Of a stretch of 29,185 nucleotides of DNA, positions 16,977 through 25,200 are shown piece by piece. Each line of letters opens with the position of its first letter. Position 1 is the first letter of the stretch. The position numbers and the translations under genes are program-made. The stretch spans positions 1 through 29,185 of IMG/VR virus record IMGVR_UViG_3300022666_000097. The stretch is one strand, 5' to 3'. A model generated the notes under the pieces. That model did no database searches, was not told where the DNA came from, and saw only the letters and a program-made list of their open reading frames with translations. The stretch comes from a virus. Taxonomy: Duplodnaviria > Caudoviricetes.

Positions 16977-17896
16977 ATTCGCATAACTTTGTCGGGCAAG
17001 ACATCCCGATATTCATTGCACACATTTTCGGTAATTTCGACATCCTTTATGCAATGATCAATGATATAATCCAAGTCTGATTCGCTTCTTCCGTATGCAG
17101 CACCATTCCATTCTTTCATACCGAGTCTAGTCTTGCTGGCGTATTCGGGATGTTTAAATTGTAAGATTTGATTAATTTGGTCGAGTCTCCGGCTACTGGC
17201 TTTAATATACCGTTTGGTTGTGAACCACAAATCCAAGTGCTTTTTCTTACCCATCCAATCGATGTCATGCATCTTGCATTTTGTATATAAGTAGGGGATA
17301 TCAAACAATTTTCCAAAAAACGTCAGGCAACCATCATACTCCCGCATTACATCAACGATATCTGTCACGGTTTGAATTTCTGCTTCAAATAAATCTGGAA
17401 CCGATAGATCGGTTCTAAAAACAATTGGTTTTTCACGAGTTCCATAAGTATGGATACATGCCCCCAATATTACACCAAAATCTGCCTTTAATGATGAAGT
17501 TTCTATATCAAGAGTTGCCACTCGCATTTCATCAGGATCCAAAAATACATCAATGTTGGCACTCTTGGTAAAGAATTTTTTACTCCGAACCAACATTCTG
17601 GAAGCAACATCTTGAGTAACAATTTCTACAGGAAGTTCATTATTACACTTATAATATATAAATCTATTTTTATCTGTTTTGATTCGATGTATCTTTCCCG
17701 CATTTGCCAAATTTGCTAGAGTAACTCTAATTGGTTTAAATTTATCTTCGTCTCTGGTATTTATTCCCAGTTGATTTGCACACCAAGCACTGCTTCCGGC
17801 ATGATTTCTGATGGAACTTAAATCATTTAAGGTGTCTATATCGTCAGGTTCTCCAGTTGGAAGAATTTCCAATATTTTCTTTGATAGTTCCGTCAT
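16973..17896 (-). CDS. RNase H-like DEDD 3'-5' exonuclease (YprB-like) with N-terminal winged-helix-like domain
   Basis: LDIET, TFFGKLFDIPYL, HLDL, HCIKDV; N-terminal VTLANLANAGKIHR. Confidence 0.82.
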   Translation of the reverse strand: MTELSKKILEILPTGEPDDIDTLNDLSSIRNHAGSSAWCANQLGINTRDEDKFKPIRVTLANLANAGKIHRIKTDKNRFIYYKCNNELPVEIVTQDVASRMLVRSKKFFTKSANIDVFLDPDEMRVATLDIETSSLKADFGVILGACIHTYGTREKPIVFRTDLSVPDLFEAEIQTVTDIVDVMREYDGCLTFFGKLFDIPYLYTKCKMHDIDWMGKKKHLDLWFTTKRYIKASSRRLDQINQILQFKHPEYASKTRLGMKEWNGAAYGRSESDLDYIIDHCIKDVEITENVCNEYRDVLPDKVMRM

Positions 17897-17910
17897 TTCG
17901 TATTTTTCTC

Positions 17911-18237
17911 CTATTTTTTCCTAAGTATCCAGACTATTTGGATTGGTTTGAATAACATCGACATCAAATAATTGCCGGATTCATCAATTTTGACTTCAAT
18001 ACCGGCACTATTTTTGACACCATTCTTTATTTCTTCTTCTAGTTTATCGATGGCATCTGTACCTGATTCTTCCCATGCTGTTACTATGTCATGTAGTCGT
18101 GTTATATCTTCCTTGTATGATTTAAAAAACTGTAATAGTTGTTTAAATTGATCTGCTAAAAATTTGCTCATTCTTTTTTCTCCGTGACGACCTATTATTT
18201 GTTCAAGCGATCTAACTTCCATGTTGGCATCGGTCAT
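17911..18237 (-). CDS. Hypothetical protein (start 18237, 18222 or 18171)
   Basis: The track's N-terminal extension lies in the GC-rich IS right end; ATG 18237 follows GGGTGG. Confidence 0.5.
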   Translation of the reverse strand: MTDANMEVRSLEQIIGRHGEKRMSKFLADQFKQLLQFFKSYKEDITRLHDIVTAWEESGTDAIDKLEEEIKNGVKNSAGIEVKIDESGNYLMSMLFKPIQIVWILRKK

Positions 18238-18247
18238 AGCCACCCGC

Positions 18248-18461
18248 GTCAACGGAAGCCTAGCTTTGGGCCTTCGCTCAAAGCCGATGGTGGCGAGTGT
18301 GAACAAATCTGACCTGTCCTCACTTAGCCTCGGGCCAGGCAGGATAAATAGCTTTGGGCCGTGGCACGTGCGAACAAATATGTTCCTGCTTCATTCCCCA
18401 GGCTTTTGCCCACAAGTCCACAGGCTCTACGGAGCTGCCCGCCCCTGATGATCTTTAATTC
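18248..18461 (-). ncRNA. Putative TnpB omegaRNA scaffold / IS200-IS605 right end
   Basis: GC-rich stretch after the tnpB stop with GAGCCTGTGGA..TGAAGCAGGAA, hairpin GCTTTGAGC-GAAG-GCCCAAAGC and candidate ends GTTCAC (18299) or GTTGAC (18248). Confidence 0.65.
18261..18379. repeat. Imperfect direct duplication within the omegaRNA region
   Basis: TAGCTTTGGGCC exact at 18261-18272 and 18349-18360; GTGGCGAGTGTGAACAAAT (18290-18308) vs GTGGCACGTGCGAACAAAT (18361-18379), 16/19 identical. Confidence 0.75.
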
Positions 18462-19514
18462 TTATATAGTAGTTGCAACACAAAGCTGATCTATTCCGAT
18501 AGCCCTGATATTGATTGCCGCGTTGATATCCCTGTCATGGATAGCCCCACATTTAGGACATTTCCATTCACGAATATTCAAGGACATCTTTTCTTCCTTA
18601 TGACCACAGCAATGACAAATCTTTGATGAAGGTTCCCATTGACCTATTTCTATTATCGTCTTGCCTGACCATTCTGCTTTGTACTTGATTTGCCTGATAA
18701 ATTCCGACCATCCCGCATCACTTATTGATTTAGCTAAATGATGATTCTTTAACATGCCGGATATGTTAAGTGATTCCAAGACAATAGCATCATATTCATC
18801 AACCAATTTCCGAGATAGCTTGTGCTGGAAGTCTAATCGCTGATTGGCTATCTTTTCATGCTGCTTGGCAACCTTCAATCGGGCCTTTTCTGAATTCTTG
18901 GAACCTTTCTGCTTTCTGCTGAATCTTTTCTGGAGAACCACTAATCGTTTTTCGGATTCTCTATAAGGCTGGATGCCATCTATCTTATCACCTTTCGATG
19001 TGGTGATATAAGATAACAATCCTACATCTATACCTATGATGTTTTCATTGGACACTGGTTTTGAAATCGGTTTTTCCAATCCATCATCCACTTGAAAAGA
19101 TACATAATACTTCCCACTCTTGGTTTTCGATATGGTAGTAGTTTTTATCTTTCCGATAATTGGTCTATGTAACCGAATTTCAATATCCCTTATTTTAGTT
19201 ACCGAAAGCATACATGATTTAGTATCTAACTTAACATTTTCGCCTTGAAATTGGATGGATTGATTATCTCTTAACTTCTTTGGAGTCGGATAACCTCTTC
19301 TGTTGCCATTCGTATCCGATTTGAAGAAGTTCTTAAATGCGGTTCCAAGATTTCGCAAACTAGAACGAAGAATCTTATCTGGCACCTCGTTTAACCATGC
19401 CTGTTCATCCTTGAGTCCAAGCATTGATTTCAATCCATCGGGTAACTTGTCTGCCTTTCTGGTTTTGGCCGACGTGAGCAGCACGCTACATTTGGTAGCA
19501 TCAATCCTAAACAA
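18462..19514 (-). CDS. tnpB: TnpB RNA-guided endonuclease body lacking the N-terminal HTH (possible pseudogene fragment)
   Basis: WLNEV..L..AFKNFF, RuvC-I GIDVG, RuvC-II VLE, Zn finger CHCC..CPKC, RuvC-III HDRDINAAINI; weak TTG start. Confidence 0.92.
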   Translation of the reverse strand: MFRIDATKCSVLLTSAKTRKADKLPDGLKSMLGLKDEQAWLNEVPDKILRSSLRNLGTAFKNFFKSDTNGNRRGYPTPKKLRDNQSIQFQGENVKLDTKSCMLSVTKIRDIEIRLHRPIIGKIKTTTISKTKSGKYYVSFQVDDGLEKPISKPVSNENIIGIDVGLLSYITTSKGDKIDGIQPYRESEKRLVVLQKRFSRKQKGSKNSEKARLKVAKQHEKIANQRLDFQHKLSRKLVDEYDAIVLESLNISGMLKNHHLAKSISDAGWSEFIRQIKYKAEWSGKTIIEIGQWEPSSKICHCCGHKEEKMSLNIREWKCPKCGAIHDRDINAAINIRAIGIDQLCVATTI

Positions 19515-19528
19515 CTCTAAAGAGGTAT

Positions 19529-20026
19529 CTAGTAAGCCGCTGCCTGAGCAACGTGGCTATCATAGTATTGAAGGCCTGTTTTCAGGTCCATTAGAAATAA
19601 TTCCTTTTTGAAGTGTATATCAAGTAGGTCGTTATTGCAGCTAATTTTCGCTAGCATATCTAGTGTTCCTGCATAAGGTGGATTTTTATTAAATAGCGAC
19701 GTTTCTACAAAAAACGGCTGAATACTTAAATGTAAGTCATTCCACATTTTTATGCAGCGATTTATTCTGCCATAAACTTCTTCCCTTGGTATATTCCAGA
19801 TAGGATTACACGACACTGGTAATACATTCTTAGAATAACGACCAAGTATTTTTTTGTGGACAATGGTTCCTATGTGGGCACTAGGCCCAGGTCCCTTTGA
19901 TTTACCGGTATTCTTTTTGTGTCCAATAATTGTAGTTACAGAAGGATATGGTATTTCGTCTTTAAAATAAAATCGACCATTTGGCGTTTGCTTCCTGTAA
20001 TACGCAGATTTATCATTAACAAGCAT
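19529..20026 (-). pseudogene. PD-(D/E)XK nuclease, paralog of 12311..12925, C-terminally truncated
   Basis: YPSVTTIIG, GTIVH, VET, YAGTLD, MDLKT, QAAAY then TAG where the paralog has TGG and about 50 further residues. Confidence 0.7.
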
Positions 20027-20034
20027 TGTATCAT

Positions 20035-20169
20035 CTAGTCCAGGAAAGTATTTGTTTCTTTGTCATAGAAACCGCGGTCATTGTGGACGTAATCGCTATA
20101 ATCGTAATATGGTAGTTTCTTTCTTTTTATTATTATAATAGTGTATCCAAGAATGTTTATAACGATCAT
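20035..20169 (-). CDS. 44-aa hypothetical protein
   Basis: Not in track: MIVINILGYTIIIIKRKKLPYY..FLD; fills the gap between methyltransferase and nuclease. Confidence 0.5.
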   Translation of the reverse strand: MIVINILGYTIIIIKRKKLPYYDYSDYVHNDRGFYDKETNTFLD

Positions 20170-20173
20170 AGTA

Positions 20174-20956
20174 TCATCTTATAAATTTTTCTAATGGTAT
20201 TGGTATTTCTTTTATTCTTTTATTTGCTATATCGACATATTTTTGTTCTTTTTCTATGCCAATAAAGTGTCTATTTGTGTTTATGCAAGCTATTGCGGTT
20301 GTTCCTGATCCAATGCAGTTATCAAGAACCAGATCGCCCTCGTTGGTGTAGGTCTTGATGAGATATTCGAAGAGGGCGACGGGCTTTTGCGTGGGATGTA
20401 GTCGTTTTGTGTGATTACATTCTGCCATTGATGAATTAAATTTTAGAACAGAAATCGGATATTTTTCAGTAAAAACTTTGTTTGTTGTTATTTCTTTGGA
20501 AGCAAATTGATTATGACTTTCTGGGTTTCGTATTGTTTTAAATTTCCAGTTACTTGCATCTAGTGGCATTGATCTCTTCTGTTTTTGCGGATTATATTTA
20601 ATCGCATTGTTTCCAAAGACTAAAATATCTTCATGTGCTTTCAATGGTTTTATATTTGCCAATTGAAAATCGGAACCATATCCTTTATCCCAACATAGTG
20701 AATATTTAAACATTTTTAGATTATTTATTACTACCATACTTGTAAACGGTTGGCTTGCCGTTAGCACAATCGCACTCCGGTCCTTAATCAGTCTCTTATA
20801 TTCCTTCCAAAGAGGCTCAAAAGGAATGACATGATCCCACTTGCAGGCGGTTGTTCCATAAGGGAGATCACATAAAATCATGTCTATTGACTTATCGGGA
20901 ATTAATGGCATTAATTCTAAACAATCCCCTTGATGTATTCTATCTATTTCTAACAT
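20174..20956 (-). CDS. DNA amino-methyltransferase (N6-adenine/N4-cytosine, beta class), apparently orphan
   Basis: GDCLELM, catalytic DLPY, HPTQKP, SAM motif LDNCIGSGTT, IGIE; start at ATG 20956. Confidence 0.92.
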   Translation of the reverse strand: MLEIDRIHQGDCLELMPLIPDKSIDMILCDLPYGTTACKWDHVIPFEPLWKEYKRLIKDRSAIVLTASQPFTSMVVINNLKMFKYSLCWDKGYGSDFQLANIKPLKAHEDILVFGNNAIKYNPQKQKRSMPLDASNWKFKTIRNPESHNQFASKEITTNKVFTEKYPISVLKFNSSMAECNHTKRLHPTQKPVALFEYLIKTYTNEGDLVLDNCIGSGTTAIACINTNRHFIGIEKEQKYVDIANKRIKEIPIPLEKFIR

Positions 20957-20960
20957 ATTA

Positions 20961-21116
20961 TCATTTCCTATAGTGGTATTTTTGTATTGCCATAATTGAC
21001 CATAAATTCCAGACATATCTAGCGGCCCCAAAGCATTTAACCAAGGTCCGCTGTTGATCTTCGGTTGGATATATCCGAAACTTATAAGCCCGCATCATTC
21101 TTTTCTTAATCTCCAT
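20961..21116 (-). CDS. tnpB: Stand-alone TnpB N-terminal HTH fragment (HTH_OrfB_IS605-like), 51 aa
   Basis: Not in track: MEIKKRMMRAYKFRIYPTEDQQRTLVKCFGAARYVWNLWSIMAIQKYHYRK; the AYKFRIYPT..Q..L...FG..RYVWN signature is typical of TnpB N-termini. Confidence 0.88.
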   Translation of the reverse strand: MEIKKRMMRAYKFRIYPTEDQQRTLVKCFGAARYVWNLWSIMAIQKYHYRK

Positions 21117-21152
21117 TTCCTGTCTTGATAGAAATAGAATAATCGCATTCTA

Positions 21153-21194
21153 GTATTTAAACGTTTTGGTAAATAGAAATCTATTTATATAACC
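21153..21194. promoter_or_regulatory. Divergent archaeal promoters
   Basis: CCAAAACGTTTAAATAC on minus (21153-21169) and GAAATCTATTTATATAACC on plus (21176-21194). Confidence 0.6.
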
Positions 21195-21212
21195 AATGCC
21201 TATCATCATGTA

Positions 21213-21422
21213 ATGAATCCGAAATTTGCTAGACTAGGCAATGATGAAGAATCCCTGTTGAATATTCTTCCCGACAAACCATTTATGACTCGGGATGTTT
21301 CCGAGAAATATGGTACCCAAAGAACTGTTCGCATACTAGCAAGTTTAGAAATAAAAGGTCGAGTAAAGTATGTCGAAATGACCGGCGAACAAAAAAGATA
21401 TAAATTATGGGAAAAGATCTGA
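21213..21422 (+). CDS. Small winged-helix-like DNA-binding protein
   Basis: LLNIL..P..TRDV..TVRILASLEIKGRV pattern; promoter upstream. Confidence 0.65.
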   Translation: MNPKFARLGNDEESLLNILPDKPFMTRDVSEKYGTQRTVRILASLEIKGRVKYVEMTGEQKRYKLWEKI

Positions 21423-21427
21423 TTGCC

Positions 21428-21553
21428 ATGAGACCTAACAAGAAAACCCGGGAAAAGGGAGTTAGACGAACTCGTCGGGACCCCATAGGATATGATCGGA
21501 TAACTTTAAAGACAATATCAGAATTGAAGAAAGAATTGCAGGATGTCGAATAA
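21428..21553 (+). CDS. 41-aa basic microprotein
   Basis: Not in track: MRPNKKTREKGVRRTRR..QDVE; TAATG overlap with the next gene. Confidence 0.45.
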   Translation: MRPNKKTREKGVRRTRRDPIGYDRITLKTISELKKELQDVE

Positions 21554-21906
21554 TGCGAATGTGGAACGTATATCCGGGATTTATGTGCCGCCAACATCTC
21601 CTCGGCGAACATAGAGAAATCCATACCATTGTTGGAATGATGCAAAAAGGAAGAAAAATATCGGGAACCAAATACATTACAAACAGACTCATAGAAATTC
21701 ATTCCCTTGATGCAAGACATCAAGAATTAATACGAGAAATGCTAAGTCGTGGTTATCATCACAATTCACCATTTCCGCACGATCTAGTATTATGGAGAGA
21801 AGGTAACATCGATCCCGATAAAAATATACTGGAATTGATGGATAGATGTCCTGAATGCCGAAAACGAATTATATCATATTATCAAAAATATGATATAGTC
21901 CCATAA
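21553..21906 (+). CDS. Pyrimidine-dimer DNA glycosylase / T4 endonuclease V-like family protein
   Basis: MRMW.V.P....RQHLLGEHREIH, RHQELIREMLSRGYHHNSP, C-terminal CPEC. Confidence 0.8.
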   Translation: MRMWNVYPGFMCRQHLLGEHREIHTIVGMMQKGRKISGTKYITNRLIEIHSLDARHQELIREMLSRGYHHNSPFPHDLVLWREGNIDPDKNILELMDRCPECRKRIISYYQKYDIVP

Positions 21907-21907
21907 T

Positions 21908-22048
21908 TTATTTTATGTGCATGATATTTCCGGATCTGAATTTTATAATTATTTCTTCTATACTATCTCCGTCGCATTGAATAATTTCAGTAAATTGTTG
22001 CTTATCTTGTCGTGATAATGATAGTCTGCGTTCTACTTCTTCGGCCAC
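21908..22048 (-). CDS. 46-aa hypothetical protein
   Basis: Not in track; AGGTGA RBS then GTG, MAEEVERRLSLS..MHIK. Confidence 0.45.
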   Translation of the reverse strand: MAEEVERRLSLSRQDKQQFTEIIQCDGDSIEEIIIKFRSGNIMHIK

Positions 22049-22053
22049 TTATA

Positions 22054-22179
22054 TCACCTTATCATTATTCGAAATGATCGTTTCAAATGATTATATTCTT
22101 TCAATGGAACTAGTACCATATTATCTTTAACATTTTTAATTATAATTTCATATCCCAATAATTTGATTGTTCTTGCCAT
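22054..22179 (-). CDS. 41-aa hypothetical protein
   Basis: Not in track; GGTGA RBS; MARTIKLLGYEIIIK resembles the N-terminus of 20035..20169. Confidence 0.45.
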   Translation of the reverse strand: MARTIKLLGYEIIIKNVKDNMVLVPLKEYNHLKRSFRIMIR

Positions 22180-22228
22180 ACAAAATCACCGGATCTGATT
22201 TGAATCACTTTTCGATATTTCCATAATT

Positions 22229-25200
22229 TTATTTAAATGCAAATAATCCCACTTTTTGTTTCCTTGGTTTGATTACTTCTTTTGGTTTCTCGACTTCTTC
22301 ATATCCAAATAATGATTCTTGGTCGAGAATCTTTTTTCCAGTATTTATATCTATTCCTATAGCTTCGAAAAGTCTTTCCAATGGCGGTTTCAATTGATTT
22401 TCGATATACCACTCAGAATCTATCCGGCCGTTACCATGATTTCGTATCCATTCCGGAGTATCAACCAATTCACTAATGTTACCTCTGGATGCACCTGGTA
22501 ATGCCATATACATAGCACGGTCTCCCAAACCATATGGTTGTTCGCCCCGGGATTGCATCTTCTTGCATACGGTAACATGAGGCTGTACATTCTTATATTT
22601 ATTTAAGTCACCGACCTTTCGGCTTAGAATTAATTTATTGGCAAGGTCATCATTTGTTCTTATGTCCTTCAAGCCGCGAACTTCTTCTATAACAGAATTA
22701 GTAAGGTTCCATGCCCCAGTTACATCACCTTCCTGCAAGACCATATGGAGAACCTTGTCCATGGTTTCGCCGACTAATTTAACCCAATCTCGCCGGCGGA
22801 CTTCAATACCCCTGTATTTCATTTTGTCTTTCCATCTATCTTTTGATGGTTCAAAGATCCACATGGCATATCGTTTCTTTTCGAAAATAATTGCTCTTTC
22901 TGCCCAGCATTCAAAATCGATTTCCATAGGTGGAGGAAGTTTCGTTAGCATAGCATCATGAATAATTTTTGCCTTTTCCTTACCTTCGTCTGGTGTTTTT
23001 ATATTATTCAATTTTATAAATACACTATCTGTATTATGTAATAATATTTGCCCACAACTATCAACAAACATATGATCATTATCAACAGTTATATCATAAA
23101 CATAACCATCATATTCTTCTTCTATTATCTTTGTTGATACTTGGTTGTCATCATGAGAATATGTTTCCCGTAGTCTATATTCGCCTTTCGATTGATTATA
23201 AGAAAGGCTATATTTTTTGTTCATCATATTCAATAACAGAGTTAAATCACTTATTAGTTCCAATGAAAGGCTGCTATATGAAATCCTTCCTTTTTTATCA
23301 ATACTTCCATCACCTTTAAGCATATTTTCATATATTATTTGTTGATAGTGGGTGTCTATATTGAAAACAAAATCAGGCAATCTTTTATTTCGACAACCTT
23401 GCCCACAAAGAGCCGAAAAAAATGCGCATGTAAATTGATTTCCAATTCTCAATGATAACGTATTATCTTCATATTCATGATCCTTATAATACTTTAATTC
23501 TTTGTTAGTTCTTAGTATATTGGGATATATCATATTGGTTACTAAACTAAAATAATCATCTCGTAATTGTCTTAACCATTCTTCATCACCGCAAGATATA
23601 CTAAATATGGCATTTCCACAAGAATTTGTCAAGTGATTAGACGCAGCACCTTCGGAAACGAATGCTCCCATCAATCTACATAATTTTTCTAAATCATTCC
23701 CCGATACATATCGTTTTATACTTACTTCATTCTTTCTATTTGTCCATCCAAATGAAATTCTCTTACCATTATCCACTAGCTTAAAACATACTATTTTTTC
23801 CCTCTTTTTATATACAATACCATATTTATAATGTTTAATATATTTATATAAATCAATGATATTGTTCGAATCATGATCTATGTTTTCTATAATACTAGCA
23901 ATTTTCCTTTTCCCTATTATATCAGTTGGTTTTGTTTCAATTAATCTATCATCCAAATATGTCATTATTGAATGATCTTCGGTTACTCTAGTTTCTCCAT
24001 ATTTCTGAATAACACGATATATTCGTTTGGAATTTTTATGCCTCATCACACATCTAATAGAATTCCATACTGGATTAAGATCGGTATCGAATGATAATGC
24101 AAAATATTCTCCTTTGCATACCGCATATTCTTTTTCGCCATGCAAAATTATACCGTTCGAAGATAATTCATCAAATAATGATTCCATATTTCGTATAACA
24201 ATATTTCCATCGGATTTTTTTAGTGTAACAAATCGATCAGCAGTTACACTGTCTCCCCCAACTACCCTACAATCTACCAATGATTCAGCAGTTTCTTTAG
24301 TCAATGCAATTGCCATTCTGCCAACTGATGTTACTGAATTTGCGAGCCTAGGTTCATATAAACGGCCACTCGGAGCCCCAGTATACCCATAAAATGAATT
24401 CAATAAAATCTTGACTGCATATTGTTGATTATCGTAGAATTCTTTCTCGTCTTGGTCATCGGTTTCCTTCATCATCTTCTTCAATGCGACTCTTTTATTA
24501 TATAACCGAGTTAAGATCCTAGGCATTATTCCTTCATAGACAGAATGATCAGAATATCTTACGTTATTCGGAGCTAGAATCGTCTTAATTCCGACATTTT
24601 CGTCATCGATGATAGATGACCAACATATATTGAACGCCCTTATAGCCGAAGGATAAAGACTCTTATAGTCCATTACGATAAGTTTTTCCTGGAGTCCTCT
24701 TTCTGGTTCAAAAACTGTAGCTCCCTCTACTGATTCTCCCATTTGTTTTTTTCGTGTTTTCAATGGCCATAATCTATCTTCTTTATAGAATTCTTTCAAC
24801 AATAATGATTCTATCCGGCGAGATTGTCCACCATTGATAACTTCATGCAATAACAATCCTGATTCTTTACTGATACTAATATATCGATCTATTAATTTTA
24901 ATTGGTTTATTATATCTTGTAAAAGATCTGCATCCCTGACAGCATAATCTATGAATTCTTGAAGTTCTGATTCACTTCCTTCCAGCCATATATGCCGCAT
25001 CTGACTAGCTTTGATATCCAACTTAGGACGATTCAATAATTCCTTGGATACATTTTCCAAGCTGTAACTATTCAAAGAATAATTATTTTTGATAGCTTCC
25101 AGTAAATCGATTGATACCCGTCCTATAATATTGACTTCTCGCTTGCTTCCGAATTCTTTAATAACAAACGGCGATCCATCGCGCCCAAAATTATTACATA

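Larger units (their letters stand above)
18248..21116 (-). mobile_element. Interrupted non-autonomous IS200/IS605 (tnpB-only) element enclosing three passenger ORFs
   Basis: Complementary tnpB 5' and 3' parts in correct order and strand, plus a right end; no tnpA and no left end recognised. Confidence 0.55.

Noticed and set aside
18261-18379. Bona fide CRISPR array, or Cas12f/Cas4 locus
   Set aside because: Only two imperfect units and no cas1/cas2; the nucleases lack the Cas4 Fe-S cysteine pattern. Reported only as a duplication.
18238-18448. ORF 18221..18448 (+) and the 5' part of 17911..18306
   Set aside because: They lie in the GC-rich omegaRNA/right-end sequence where stop codons are rare; no protein motifs.
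18248-19528. IStron (group I intron plus tnpB) interrupting the nuclease gene
   Set aside because: No room for a group I core between the nuclease stop and tnpB, and the ORF after the right end does not resemble the missing nuclease C-terminus.
19529-19531. Amber readthrough (pyrrolysine or alternative code) at the nuclease TAG
   Set aside because: Another TAG follows four codons later, downstream similarity to the paralog is negligible, and other genes end normally at TAG.
19529-20956. Classical type II restriction-modification pair
   Set aside because: The nuclease is a truncated paralog of a viral RecB-like exonuclease, not a recognisable restriction enzyme; adjacency alone is insufficient.
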